Counted from the stretch's first letter, positions 13,450 through 26,325 are shown. The stretch: 64,000 nucleotides of DNA from Octopus vulgaris (GCA_951406725.2 OX597818.1:129580001-129644000), one strand, 5' to 3'. Numbers and translations: made by a program. The notes: a model not told the origin generated them from the letters alone.

Positions 13450-14830
13450 AAGAAAAAAATCCCATCTAAGGAATTTTCCTACTTGCTGGAGGCTCTCAAG
13501 TTCTTTAAAGAAATATAGTATTTGAAGAGAACATACTGAATATCTCTTTGACCTGTTAATATTAAGTCTGGTTTTGGAAAGGATTTTCCATTTGATGCTG
13601 TAGTTGTTCCCTTTGTTTCTAAATTTCCAGATTAAAGCTGAAAGTGTGGTTGAATGTCTCTTATCATGGTGTCTAAATGTCGAAAGATGGTTGTTGTATC
13701 TGGATTTAAATTTTCCTTCTGTTGCTCTGATATAACACTTGCTTTCTGTTTGACCTTCATCATAGTTTTCTGATAACTGTGCTTTATAAACAATAGTGGA
13801 TACATCACATTTATACCATAAAAGATGTTTATATTTGTCACTACAACTAAAGCCTGCAACTGGGGCAGGCTTTAGTTGTTATTTGCTTATTGATATATGT
13901 CTTAACATTAAGAGCACAAGAAAAGGTAATTTTAGTCATGTGCCTGTTAAAGATCTTACTGTACCTATGGGTTCTAGGAAAATGAATATCTACTAAATGC
14001 AAGAATCTTCTACCTACATTCTTCCTAACATCAAGGGAGAAAGGAATGAATCATAAAACTTTCTGAGATCTATTCTTCAATATAAGTAATTGAGGAGGTG
14101 GGAGCAGTAAAAGATTTAGTCTGTAAAGCCACTAACCAGCAAAGTCTTATAATATGAGGTAGCCGTTACAAATATTTCTTTTGAAGAAGAAAAGTATGTG
14201 ATCCTATGGCTAATGTTTGGAATTGAGTTTTTAAATACAGTAGGTGTATGACAAGAATGTTTATCAATATATTTAAGGTTCTTGTTAGTCTCATTAGAAG
14301 GAATTAGTTTTGAGGTCTAAGGTAACATCTAAAAAGTTAGTCCTAGGTAGATTAGTGTTGACAGAAATATTAAGTCCTAAAGAGTTGAAGGTACAAACTA
14401 ATTGCATTTTAAGGTAATCCATAGTGTGGCCATCACAACTGTGTGACACTGCTAAAGCACTGCCCTGGTATATACCGATGCTGTGGTTGAGGAATTTTGA
14501 ATTTAGATAATTTAACATGTATAAACTAACCAAATCACATATATCTGTGACACTAATCTAACCCCTGTGCTTTTTTTTACTGTTGTCTTCCTTATGAGAA
14601 TTCCCTGTTCAAAGGTCATCTGCTTAAAAAGCAACAGGCAAACAGACTTGTTCTCAGCTTGATAAAACGCAGAATAAATTGATGTTTTGGCCACAAAACC
14701 CTATGTGGCTGTACTTCACAATACTTGTAGTTTTCATGATTGGTTGGCATCTTTTTTGTCTCAGGAGACAATGGAGTTGCGCATAAAGTAGTCTAGTCCG
14801 GCTTTTATATTTCATGTCCTGATACATTTC
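13450..14830 (-). pseudogene. Decayed Penelope-like element, RT plus C-terminal GIY-YIG endonuclease
   Basis: SIGIYQGSAL (decayed GLYRDDGL-type motif), FNSLGLNISVNTNLPRTNFLDVTLDL, then YIRATEGKFKSRYNNHLSTFRH and NYSIKWKIL; many stops and shifts. Confidence 0.8.
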
Positions 14831-15079
14831 CTGCTGTGGCTGTGTAGTCCTATCCTGGACAAACACTCCCTCTGGCAGGTGCCGCCAATGTAGCGAATAC
14901 TGTTCCTGGCTGGTTGTAATGCCATAGTCTCATGGGAGTTTTCATGATATATATACAATATATATACATATATATAAACTTATATATATATACATATAGG
15001 TACATATGTGAGTGTGTCGTTGTGTGTGTGCATGTATGTACGAAAATATATGTATATATATTATTTAATAAACATAATA

Positions 15080-16180
15080 CAGGCATACCTCACCCTACGT
15101 TGTTAATTGGTTCCAGGAGACATGACTGAAGTTGAATTAACTTGTCTCTAGGCTAGGCTGAATTTACTTTCTCCAGGCTAAACCAATAATAACCATTCCA
15201 AGTTTTGTATTTTATTTATGAATGGATTTTCAATAATACATGGTTAGTAAAAATCTATTTTAAGCTTACAAACAAATAATTTTAATTTTTTAATACAATA
15301 CAGTAAAAAAAATTAATTTAAATTTACAAATACAATTCGACAGTGTTTACCTTACATCATGGACACTTTTTTTATGAATGCAGTTTGCAATAAGACATGG
15401 TAAAATAAAAGCCGTTTTTAAGCTTAAAAACAAATTCAGTAATTATTATTTTGCAATAGTAAAATAAAGAACTAAATTATTTTAAATTTACCAATGCGTA
15501 CATACACTTTGGTGGTTTACATCATGGATGTAGATGGCTGTGGATTATCAACATCAACAGTTGGCTCTGGCTGTTGTTGTTCGGTGCGCTTAAAAACCGA
15601 TTGAGAGTTCCTTGAACTGTCTTCTTCTTTTCCTCAAGAATTACATTACAAGGAACAAAAAGCTTCGTGATGAGCCCCCCCCACCACCATCATAATCTTG
15701 GTAAAGCATTGAGCATTTGGATCCATATCATCGAACATAGAAAGGCCTGTTTTGATACATGCAATTGCTTGTTGTATTTTCTTAATGGTAAAGTGATGTG
15801 GCTCAGGTCTGACTTCCTCTTCTTCTTTATTTTGCTGCTCATGAAGCTCTATCAAATCCTCATTCACCAGGGGCTGCTTGGCTTTTTCAAATAAATCTGT
15901 CAAATCCTCCTCCTCCAAATCCCTTTCCAATTCTTTGCTCATAGTAACCAATGTTTTGTTGAAGGCAACATATCAAACCCCTTAAAATCATTCATGAATT
16001 AATTTTATGTGCTTTTAACAGTTTTCTAGTAATTTTATGATTCCAATATTTGTGGCAGACAGACGTAAAGTCAAGTAAAATGACTTACCTTGATTTTTAT
16101 TTTTCCATATATTACTTTTGAAAACTGATGTATAATCGAGAATGACTTAAATCGAAATGACTTAAGCAAAGGTGTGCATA
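15080..16180 (-). mobile_element. Internally deleted Tigger/pogo DNA transposon
   Basis: TA-CAGGCATACCTC terminus at 15080 and a degenerate opposite end. Transposase C-terminal segment LVNEDLIEL...FTIKKI...MDPNAQCFTK at 15646-15951. Confidence 0.75.
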
Positions 16181-16433
16181 TATATGTTTTTATGTGCTAT
16201 TATCAGTTTTTACATGCTGAGGACATGTCAACAGTGTTTTATAACATGCACAATCATCAAAATGTCTGATGATTGTGTTAGGACACCAGATATGTTATAA
16301 AACATTGTTTGACATGTTCTCATTACATGAAACTAATAGTAACACATAAAAACATATACTGTATTTATTAAATAATATTTATCTCTCACCAAATGGAGTA
16401 CTGTTTTTTTTATCTTACCATTACGGAACAGTA

Positions 16434-16513
<80 letters not shown>

Positions 16514-16658
16514 GTATATGTATATAAATTACATGTATAAAAGTATATAAAGACTACACGTGTTTCGTGGCTATATTTTCAAATTGATAACAGTACAGTA
16601 AAATTTAATTTAGTATTTCTAGATTGAATTTTTTCCTGTAAGTTTGGAATATATTCCC

Positions 16659-16721
<63 letters not shown>

Positions 16722-18205
16722 TATATATATATATATATATAATTTAAAATATCTATCTATTTATCTAACTATCATACATGTATGTGTGTGTGGATGTGTG
16801 TGTGTGTGAGTGAAGTACTGGTTTTCCAATTAGTGCTTAAATTTCTGAACCTTATATCTATGTTAGAAATAATTACTATTAGGGTGATGGATTGGCAGAA
16901 TTGTTAGACCATCAAACAGAATGCTTTGTGGTATGGACCATTACACTTTGAGTTCAAATCCCATTGAAGTCCGCTTTGCCCTTCATCCTGCTGGGCTCTT
17001 ATAAAAATAATGCACCCAAGTTAAGCACTGGAGTTTATTTAATTGACTGAACAGAAACCTCTGTGTATGTATATTGATTTCAAATTTTGGCACAAGGCCA
17101 GCAATTTTGGGGGAAGGGATAAGTTAATTACATTGACCTTAGTGTTCAACTGGTACTTATTTTATTGACCCTGAAAGAATGAAAGGCAAAGTCGAACTTG
17201 GCAGAATTTTGAATTCAGGATGTGAAGACAGATGAAATGCCTCTAAGCAGTTGGTCTGGAGCCCTAATGATTCTGTTAGCTTGCCACCTTTGTATGTGTG
17301 TTTATGAAGATAATAATAATTATTATTATTATTGGCAGTATAGTTGCAGAAATGGTATAATTTGGAATTAAGTCCCCAACACTTCATATCACTTTTGTCC
17401 TAAAACTTTGCAGAACAATAAAATTGAGCCCCAGCTGGGGTTCCACTGTCCCTACCCCTCCTCCTCTATAAATGTATGTAGTGTTAGATCAATCTGAGAG
17501 GAGCTGCCTCTACTTTAGGCAGTCTCGCTAGTGTTGGTGTCATGGTAACACACAACCAGTACATTTTACAAAGTATATTGAGAAAAGGAGTGCAGTTGCC
17601 CATGGAAATCAACCCCAAAAACGAAATGCACAATGAAGACAAGGTCCACTGTCCCATTTAGGAATGCAGTACCTGCAGATAAGACCTGGCTTAGATTAGG
17701 GTGACCTGTACAATTTAAGCCAGGATAAAAGGCAAATTTAAAATGACGATGATGGTAATATGATGAATATGAGGATGATGATGATGTTTTGTTATATATA
17801 TTCAAAATTCTGAGTTCAAATCGTGCAAGGGTGTGATATTGCATTTAGAGTGTTCTCAGAGCAACATTCCTTAAATCTATATGGGACTATCTACATGGTC
17901 ACCAAAAGTAGCAGCCAAAGTTCCCCTTAAATTAATGCCTACTTTTTTAAAAACTGGAATGACATACTGGAAAATATAGTTTTTGATATCAAATGACAAA
18001 GGTCAGAGTTGACATGGTGTACTTTTGATAAGTTTGCTCAAACAAGGCAGGCTTTGAGCTTGTAACAAGAAGAAAATTAAAAGTCAGGATTATTGCTTCA
18101 GAGAATATATATAGATGTGTGCATGTAAGAAGGTTTGAAATGTATAAATGCATGTTATAAGGTAATGATAGATGTCAGAAGGTAATGCTTATTTTTTTTT
18201 GTTAA

Positions 18206-18490
18206 TCATCATCATCATCATCATCATTTAGTGTCCGTTTTCCATGCTAACATGGGTTGGACGGTTCAACTGGGGTCTGGGAATCCAGAAGGCTGCACCA
18301 GGCCCAGTCTGATCTGGCAATGTTTCTACGGCTGGATGCCCTTCCTAACGCCAAACACTCCGCGAGTGTAGTGGGTGCTTTTTACGTGCCACCCACACAG
18401 GAGCCAGACGGAGCTGGCAAATGGCCACGAACGGATGGTGCTTTTACATGCCACCGGCACGGGGGCCAGGCGAGGCTGGCAACGGACACA
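18206..18490 (-). mobile_element. RTE 3'-UTR-derived short copy with (GAT)n tail
   Basis: Reverse complement of TTGGCGTTAGGAAGGGCATCCAGC...CAACCCATG..AGCATGGA(GAT)n. Confidence 0.75.
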
Positions 18491-19045
18491 AACAGATGGT
18501 TTAATAAACACAACAACTTATTCCTTATCACACATGAAGTAGTAAGTACATCAGAGATAAGTGTTCAAGGTAACAGGGTGTAGTGAGACTTGAGTTACTT
18601 TCTTGATACACATCAAGGTAGTTAAATCCAGTACTTGGTTGAAAAATTTTAAATATCCAATGAATTTTGTAGTGGTTGTGAGGCAAGGTAGAAATCCTAT
18701 AGTTGTATGAATGCTGTTTTCTGATCGTCTGGACAAACAACTGATATGTTTACATCTTAATGTCTTTTTGGGAACTGATTATTGCCTTTCAAAACTCATG
18801 CTTCACAGCTGGGTCACGTGTCTCCTTCCGTGACCAGCAGTGATTAGATGTTTTGGGCATAGCACGACTGTGCTATGCTACCACAACATAATAGTGCTTA
18901 CATGTCTCACTGCAAGTTATACACCAGCAACAATCTAGAGACCCAAGACTTGGTTATGCTCCCTGAGCACTTCTTTCTGTACACTAATGACCTAGTTGCC
19001 ATGGTTTCTAACTGCACACACACACACACACATACATGCGCATGT

Positions 19046-19083
<38 letters not shown>

Positions 19084-19922
19084 TTCATTCTTACTATAAT
19101 CTAAGCAAAAGAAAGAAACTTTTACATTGTCATTAGGCATGCTAGAAACAGCTGCTAAATCTCTTTCAAATCAAAATCTACAGACTTAAATAAGAAAGAA
19201 CAGACTGGATAAGGTACCACTAGATAACATAACCTCAAAAATATGGCGTGGTTATGGCTGAGGTACTTTTGATCCTAAATTTTGCTCAATGAAAGCGATG
19301 CTAGTACTAAACAATAACAAAGACAGCAACATCTATGGTTGATAATGATGGTTGTGATGGTGATGATGATACAGTCATGATACCTCACACCAGACTAGCA
19401 CTGTTTCCATGGAAACAGATCTGAGAAATACACTGATACACTGCAACCTAATCACCTTCAATAGTACCATCAATACTCAATCGTTACATATTGATTTCAA
19501 ACTTTGATGCAAAACCAACAATTTCAGGGAACCGGGTAAATCTATTACATTGATCGACAGTACTCAATTGGTTCTTATATTATCAACCCTGAGAGGATGA
19601 TAGGCAAAGTTGACCTCAGTGGAATTTGAACTCAGAATGTAAAGATAGACAAAATGCCATCAAGCATTTTGCTTAATGTGCAAATAATTCTGCCAGCTTG
19701 CTGATTTATTAAATCTCTACATCAGAGGTTCTTAACCATTTTTTTTTACCTATTTTGATTCCTACTTTACTCCACTGGACCTCTATAGCTATTTGTTGTT
19801 TAAAAAATTCTTTTATATTTTTATGATTAAATATTATTAAGAATTGTATTTCAAAACAATTGTTAAAATATTCTGTGTATTGTAGAATTATAAACAATGT
19901 ATTGCACGTAAAATTTAACAAA

Positions 19923-20840
19923 GTTCAGAGAGATCCTACCTCTGCTGGCAACAAAGGGCCTTTCCCTCAGTGTGAAAGGCAGATTGTATGATGTCTATGT
20001 GCGAACAGCTATGCTGCAAAGCAGTGAAACATGGGCTGTGACGGGTGAGGACATGCATAGGCTTAAAAGAAATGTGCATGTCTGAGAGAGTGTAAGCATC
20101 TTGAGGGAAAATTTGGGCATAAGGGGCATCAAATATGGTGTGCAAGGGAGATGACTGTGCTAGTATGGTCATGTGATGTGTATGAATGAGGACAGCTATG
20201 TAAAGAAGTGCTAATCTCTAACTGTGGAAGGGTATCTGTGGTAGAGGTAGACCCAAGAAAACATGGGATGAGATGGTGAAGCATGATCTTCGAACTTTGG
20301 GTCTCACAGAGGCAATAACTAATGACCGTGACCTTTGGCGATATGCTGTGCTCGAGAAGACCCATCAGTCCAGGTGAAATCGTAATTGTGGCTCATGCTG
20401 CTGTCATGTAACTGGCACTCATGTCGGTGGCACATAAAAAGCACCTCTTGAGCATTGGGTCTCTTGGAGGCAAAGTGCTGGTGGCATGCAAAAAGTTCCT
20501 TTCAAGTGTTGGGCTTCACAGAGGCAATGACCGAGACCTTTGGCATTATGTCTTGCTTGAGAAGAAGGCCCATCAAGCCAAGTAAAATCAGAGGCATGGC
20601 AGATACTGGTGTCATGCAAATGGCACCTGTGCCAGTGGTACGTAAAAGCCCCAATTACACTCTTGGAGTGGTTGGCATTAAGAAGGACACCAAGCCATCA
20701 AAACCATGCCTAATCAGGCTGGAGTCTAGTATAGCCATCCAGCTTGCCAGCCTTGGTCAAACCGCCCAACCCATGCCAGCATGGACACAACGGAAGCTAA
20801 ATAATTATGACGAAGGTGATGATAATGATGATGATGATGA
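19923..20840 (+). mobile_element. 5'-truncated RTE/BovB-clade LINE with 3' UTR and (GAT)n tail
   Basis: FREILPLLATKGLSLSVKGRLYDVYVRTAMLQSSETWAV and GRPKKTWDEMVKHDL. The 3' UTR matches short copies elsewhere in the window. Confidence 0.8.
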
Positions 20841-21063
20841 TTAATAGGCAGTGAGCTGGCAGAATCATGCAAAATGCTTTGCAACATTTTGTCCATCTTC
20901 ATGTTGTGAGTTCAAATTCCACCAAGTTTAACTTTAAGTTTCATCCTTTCAGGGTCGATAAATTAAGTACCAGCGAAACACTGGGGTTGATGTAATTGAC
21001 CAGTCCCCCTCCAAAAATTTCAGGCCTTGTGCTTACAGTAGAAACGAATATTATTATTATTAT

Positions 21064-21498
21064 TGAGTGAGAGAGCAGTTCATGCCATCAAAGTGACACT
21101 GGGGTAAAATATACGAAGCCCAATATACCCATCATGACTACCCGTCTGATAAAGGTACACCAGGCACATGCATCACAACCATATGTGTGCGACATGGTGA
21201 TCTCATATCAAGATAAACTGCACATGACCTTGCAGGTGGGGCCCAGTTAGAATTTTCTTCAGGTTGAGTAGCCCATCCCACTCAAACGGTCCCTGAATAA
21301 GGGTTGTTTAAGGATGTTGAAAGAACCACCCATGTTTCCAGAGGTGAACTATTCAAACCCCAAAGAATCCCTCTCAACACATGGCTATGATGCTCCCCCA
21401 CTACTTCTGCTCGTGATCAGAGATGCACATATCGTCAGCCACTAAGGGACATGCTCAACTGGTTAAGGTCAAACAACTGACAAGCAAATCTGTGGTAT
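21064..21498 (-). mobile_element. TAA-tailed non-coding retroposon, 5'-truncated copy 1
   Basis: Reverse complement of about 26389-26823 with high identity; (TTA)n on both sides. Confidence 0.75.
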
Positions 21499-21517
21499 AT
21501 TATTATTATTATTATTA

Positions 21518-21566
<49 letters not shown>

Positions 21567-22253
21567 CTATAACTTTTTTCTTATTCTAGGAGTTGATTTG
21601 GCCTGCCATAAATAATACCAAGTATTTTAACACCTCAATACAATAGAAAAAAGTAGACATTATTAATAAATTTTCCCCATTTTTTTCTATGATACATATT
21701 TGTAGTTGTTTTAATTATTTCATTTTATTTTATTATTTTTTTCCCCCCTTTTATTACACTTCGTTTATAATGAAACTACACCTATCCCCACATCCCACAA
21801 AAAAAAAACTCAAAAAAACAAAAACAGAATTAAACAGGTAAACAAAAGCAACTAAATATGTTTCCTAATTAGTTTTTATTTATTTTTGCTGCGTGGATTG
21901 TGGGTGATGAATAGAGGTGGTTGGAAAAAAAAAAAATTGGGGATGTTGGTAGGTGTTGTGTTCCGTTGTGTTACACTATATACAGCAGTTTATTCATATT
22001 GCATATGTGTGTGTTTGTGTGTGTGTGTTACATTGTGAGTGAGTGTGTGTATGGGGGTGGGTAGTTTAGATTCTTGTTTGCTTATTTGATTTTCACTTTG
22101 TTGTTTTAGCAGACTACATTATCTTTCTGTATGATAGGAAGCACATAACCATTATTGATATACATATTTCATCAATTGGTGTTATAGAACAGAAACTTAC
22201 TTGTGTGAAATGGCTTGATTTACAGGTGACTGTGGCATTGCTATTGATGTTGC

Positions 22254-22307
<54 letters not shown>

Positions 22308-22407
22308 TACAGACGAATATAGATCTGCTAGTCTTAAGAAGCGGCGCTATGAGCAATGCTTACATGTAGTGAACCCTAAACTGACAGATCCATCTCCTAA
22401 TATAAGA

Positions 22408-25125
22408 ATGGATGCTCGTCATGCTTCAAGGTCAACAAATCAAACAATAAACCGCATTGGTCATTGCGCGGATTACAAAAGACCACGTACCCGAAAATTG
22501 AACCAAATCCTGATTGAAAAATCAGTTACTGGATCAAATCTTCCCAACACACAGGAGCTGGACGAACCCCACAACCGGAATATTCCAACAGATGGCCATC
22601 CATGCTCATCACCAAATAATCAAAAGAAAAAGAAAGAAAAATGGTCTAGGGAAGATAATAAAGAAGTTCTTGAGGCCTTCTACCATGCCATATATTTCCC
22701 CACAGATAAGTCTAGCACTGTACAAGCATACTTAAACTGGAGACAGAAACACCCTGAAGTAAGACCCTACATAGACAGTAACAAGCTTGCCAATGTTAGA
22801 AGAAACATTATAAAAAAGAAATTACTGACTGAAGTAGAGATTGATCAGGTTAGACAAGCAATATCGGATAAAATGAACGAAGCTGCAGCTAGAGAAGATA
22901 ATACAGAGGAAATGATTATAGACCAGCCCAGGGCGGATAAAAACGAAGAGAGGATTGAAAGAGTTAGTATAAGTGATAGGCAAAGTGAAATACGCCCTGA
23001 ACCAATCATAAACACTAAGACAGATGAGCATCAAATAGATAAAGAAAGTCACACAAATATTGACCCAACAGAACTACATGAGCTAAAAAATCAAATCATG
23101 ATTGAATGGCTGAAAATTAAAGAAACCAGCATGGATGAGCGTGATACACTTCCTAAAATCCGCAACTCTAACCAAAACATGAAAATAATTGGTAAAATCC
23201 GGCTTGCACTTAAGGATATAATTTCAGTTAATGATGTTGATATCACAAACCTCAACCACCTATACTATGCATCCGCGAAAATCTCAACGATCCTATGTGG
23301 TGTAAAGATTAGAAAACGGCAACAGTCCCACAAAAAGCCTCCTTGGCAAGAGCGTCTGCAACAACAAATTAAAATATTTAGATCTGACATTGAATATTTG
23401 AAAAACCTTAAGGCTCACAAGATTACCAAACCTACAAAAACCCAAAAATTACTGAAAAAATACAATATGAAAACTATACTTGATATTGATGCCACCATAG
23501 AAACCATCAAACAAAAGGTATCTGCCAAAGCTGCCCGCATAGCGAGGTATGAAAAGCGTGTTAGATTTTTCAAGGACAACAACATGTTCAAAAATAACAC
23601 CAAGAATTTTTACAGGAAGATAGGAAAAACAGCGTTTACTGCAGGGTCTGTACCATCAAAAGAAGAAGTGCAGAGATTTTGGAATAAAATCTGGGCAGAA
23701 GAAAAAACACACAACGAAAAGGCCCCCTGGATTGACAGAATATCTACAGAACTGGACCCCTTAGAAGAGCAAAAGTGGGAGGGTGTCAAGGTAGAAGATA
23801 TAAGATCTGCTCTCAGGAGGTCAAGCAAATGGAAGTCTCCAGGAAAGGATAAAATTCCTAACTTCTGGCTGAATGCCTTCCCAGAGAGCCATGAACTGAT
23901 AACAGAACTGTACAATGATGTTTTGCAACACCCTAGTAGGATGCCTCCTTGGCTAGTTAATGGGTTAACATTCCTGCTTCTAAAAAGTGAAGAAACAAAT
24001 GAACCAAAAAACTATAGACCCATAACCTGCTTAACAACTATGTACAAAACACTAACATCTGTCCTGGCGGAATATACCTATAGTTTTTTAACAGACAGCA
24101 GCATATTCCCTAATGAACAGAAAGGATGTAAACGTGGATCCTACGGCTGTAAAGACCAACTACTCATCAATAAGATGATCTTAGAAGATTGTCACAAACG
24201 ACACAAAAACTTATCAATAGCCTGGATAGACTATAAAAAGGCTTTTGATAGCCTACCACATAGCTGGATTAGGAAATGCCTTGAAATGTATAAGATAGCA
24301 CCAACTCTGCGAAACTTCTTGACTGTAAGTATGAGATCATGGAGAACCACACTAACTCTGAACAGTGACAGTGAATCCCTAAATGCTGGTGATGTAAAAA
24401 TTTCGTGTGGCATTTTCCAGGGTGACTCACTGTCACCACTCCTCTTTTGTTTATCCTTAATACCTCTCTCAAAGCTGCTCAATGACGCGCAGTACGGGTA
24501 TAAAATGTTTGATAAAAATATAAATCATCTCGTTTACATGGATGATTTAAAGCTTTTTGCAAAAAATGATCAACAACTCAAGGGCTTACTAGCGATAGTC
24601 AAACAATTCAGTGACGACATCAGAATGCAATTCGGCCTCGATAAATGTGCAAAGGCTACCTTTATCAAAGGAAAAATGACAGAAACATCTAACGTTAACC
24701 TTGACCAACAGAATGTCATAAAAGAACTAGACCCAGCGGAGAGCTACAAGTACCTAGGGATAATTGAAGGGAACGGAATAAGGCATTCAGAGATGAAGGA
24801 AAGGATCAGGAGAGAATGCTATCGAAGAGTGAGAGCAATACTCAAGACAGAGCTGAATGCAAGAAACAGGATCGAAGCAATCAATGCATTAGCTATACCA
24901 GTCGTGACTTACAGTTTCAATATTGTTAACTGGTCAATTACTGAAATATGTCAGCTCGACAGAAAAATAAGGAAACTGTTGACAATGCATAGAATGCACC
25001 ACCCTAAGGCAGATACAGAACGACTATATCTGCCAAGAAAAGAGAGGAGGCCGTGGTCTTTTGCAACTGGCAATAACAATGAAGATTGCTACAATTGGCC
25101 TAGACACCTACCTGAAAAACTCTGA
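22408..25125 (+). CDS. R4/Dong polyprotein, N-terminal region and reverse transcriptase; true frame ends near 25044
   Basis: Track ORF 22369-25125, first ATG at 22408. RT motifs KSPGKDKI, NYRPITCL, AWIDYKKAFDSLPH, GIFQGDSLSPLLF, HLVYMDDLKLF, YKYLG, then RLYLPRKE. Confidence 0.92.
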   Translation: MDARHASRSTNQTINRIGHCADYKRPRTRKLNQILIEKSVTGSNLPNTQELDEPHNRNIPTDGHPCSSPNNQKKKKEKWSREDNKEVLEAFYHAIYFPTDKSSTVQAYLNWRQKHPEVRPYIDSNKLANVRRNIIKKKLLTEVEIDQVRQAISDKMNEAAAREDNTEEMIIDQPRADKNEERIERVSISDRQSEIRPEPIINTKTDEHQIDKESHTNIDPTELHELKNQIMIEWLKIKETSMDERDTLPKIRNSNQNMKIIGKIRLALKDIISVNDVDITNLNHLYYASAKISTILCGVKIRKRQQSHKKPPWQERLQQQIKIFRSDIEYLKNLKAHKITKPTKTQKLLKKYNMKTILDIDATIETIKQKVSAKAARIARYEKRVRFFKDNNMFKNNTKNFYRKIGKTAFTAGSVPSKEEVQRFWNKIWAEEKTHNEKAPWIDRISTELDPLEEQKWEGVKVEDIRSALRRSSKWKSPGKDKIPNFWLNAFPESHELITELYNDVLQHPSRMPPWLVNGLTFLLLKSEETNEPKNYRPITCLTTMYKTLTSVLAEYTYSFLTDSSIFPNEQKGCKRGSYGCKDQLLINKMILEDCHKRHKNLSIAWIDYKKAFDSLPHSWIRKCLEMYKIAPTLRNFLTVSMRSWRTTLTLNSDSESLNAGDVKISCGIFQGDSLSPLLFCLSLIPLSKLLNDAQYGYKMFDKNINHLVYMDDLKLFAKNDQQLKGLLAIVKQFSDDIRMQFGLDKCAKATFIKGKMTETSNVNLDQQNVIKELDPAESYKYLGIIEGNGIRHSEMKERIRRECYRRVRAILKTELNARNRIEAINALAIPVVTYSFNIVNWSITEICQLDRKIRKLLTMHRMHHPKADTERLYLPRKERRPWSFATGNNNEDCYNWPRHLPEKL

Positions 25126-26095
25126 GGACTGGATGCTAAAACTTGTCTCAAAACATGAAAACAAGAAAGCATCATACTCAGTCACAAAACAGGCAAAGGA
25201 ATATCTAAGTGAACTCCGAATACAACCAATTTCGGAATTAGAGATAGATATACAAGAAACAAGCACAGAAAAAGCTAGGCGCATGAAAACCCGTGCCAAA
25301 ACTGCGGCCTTAGATATTCTGAATAATAAATGGCAAGAAAAACCTCTCTATGGCAAATACCCAAAGAGAGCGAATAATGCAGATATCGACAAAGCCCTGA
25401 CCCATCAATGGCTAATGGCCTCTGGCTTAAAATCTGAAACAGAGGGGTTTATCATAGCAGCTCAAGATCAATGCCTACCAACAAGAAACTACCAGGCCAA
25501 CATATTAAAGATCAGAAGCAGTCCAACGTGTCGTGTATGCAAGCAACAAAATGAAACCATTGACCATGTGGTCTCCAAGTGCAGTCTTCTAGCGCCTACA
25601 GAGTATCTCAACAGGCACGATAGAGCTGCACAATATATTCACTGGGTAATCTGTAAAAACCTGGATTTGCCCCATGAAAAAAACTGGTGGGAACACAAAC
25701 CACCCCCAGTGCTTGAAAATGACCACATCTCACTCCTCTGGAACTTCACCATTCAAACTGACAGGAAGATAGATGCAAATAGGCCAGACATCATATTGAA
25801 AAACTTCAAACAAAGAACATGCCTCCTCATTGATATGACTGTCCCAATCGATATAAACGTATCTGTCAAGACCTACCAAAAACTGAGCAAATATAAAGAT
25901 CTTGAAATAGAAATCAGCAAAATGTGGAAGCTGAAGACTAAAACAATACCTGTTGTCATAGGTGCCCTGGGAATGATAGCAAAAGGGGCTGATAGCTACC
26001 TAACTCAGATACCAGGAAACCCAAAAATGGCAGAAGTTCAAAAGATAGTGCTCATGGGAACTGCTCATATCCTACGCAAAATACTCTCTATGTAA
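25046..26095 (+). CDS. R4/Dong polyprotein C-terminal part: CCHC zinc knuckle and PD-(D/E)xK restriction-like endonuclease
   Basis: Frame resumes as GGRGLLQL after one extra base. Contains AAQDQ, CRVCKQQNETIDHVVSKC, YLNRHD, NRPDIILK..LIDMT..KLSKYKDL, IPVVIGALG and QKIVLMGTAHILRK. Confidence 0.92.
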   Translation, partial: GGRGLLQLAITMKIATIGLDTYLKNSEDWMLKLVSKHENKKASYSVTKQAKEYLSELRIQPISELEIDIQETSTEKARRMKTRAKTAALDILNNKWQEKPLYGKYPKRANNADIDKALTHQWLMASGLKSETEGFIIAAQDQCLPTRNYQANILKIRSSPTCRVCKQQNETIDHVVSKCSLLAPTEYLNRHDRAAQYIHWVICKNLDLPHEKNWWEHKPPPVLENDHISLLWNFTIQTDRKIDANRPDIILKNFKQRTCLLIDMTVPIDINVSVKTYQKLSKYKDLEIEISKMWKLKTKTIPVVIGALGMIAKGADSYLTQIPGNPKMAEVQKIVLMGTAHILRKILSM

Positions 26096-26325
26096 TCTCA
26101 AGGTTTAAAACAAACATAATTTTCGGTTTAAAAAAAAAAAAAAAAACTTTTTTTTTTTAGACATTCATTAGTACAACATCCCCACCCCCCAAATATATGG
26201 CACACTAGGCATAACAACAACATGAACTTCCAACCCTGTTGTCTCTTGAGGTCTCTGGGTGAGACTTGGAGCCAACTTGTACAAATATAAAGCAAAAGTC
26301 AAACATAGAATAATAATAATAATAA

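Larger units (their letters stand above)
22302..26310 (+). mobile_element. Full-length R4/Dong-clade non-LTR retrotransposon inserted in a (TAA)n microsatellite
   Basis: (TAA)n lies directly upstream (22254-22301) and downstream (26311-26325). Short 5' UTR, one long RT-RLE reading frame with a single frameshift, ~210-bp 3' UTR. Dong elements are known to target TAA repeats. Confidence 0.93.

Noticed and set aside
18540-18740. NYLDV motif suggesting a second Penelope RT remnant
   Set aside because: Too degraded to support by eye.
25030-25070. Programmed frameshift or two-ORF organisation
   Set aside because: R4/Dong elements have a single ORF, and the break splits a conserved motif, so an indel is the simpler explanation.
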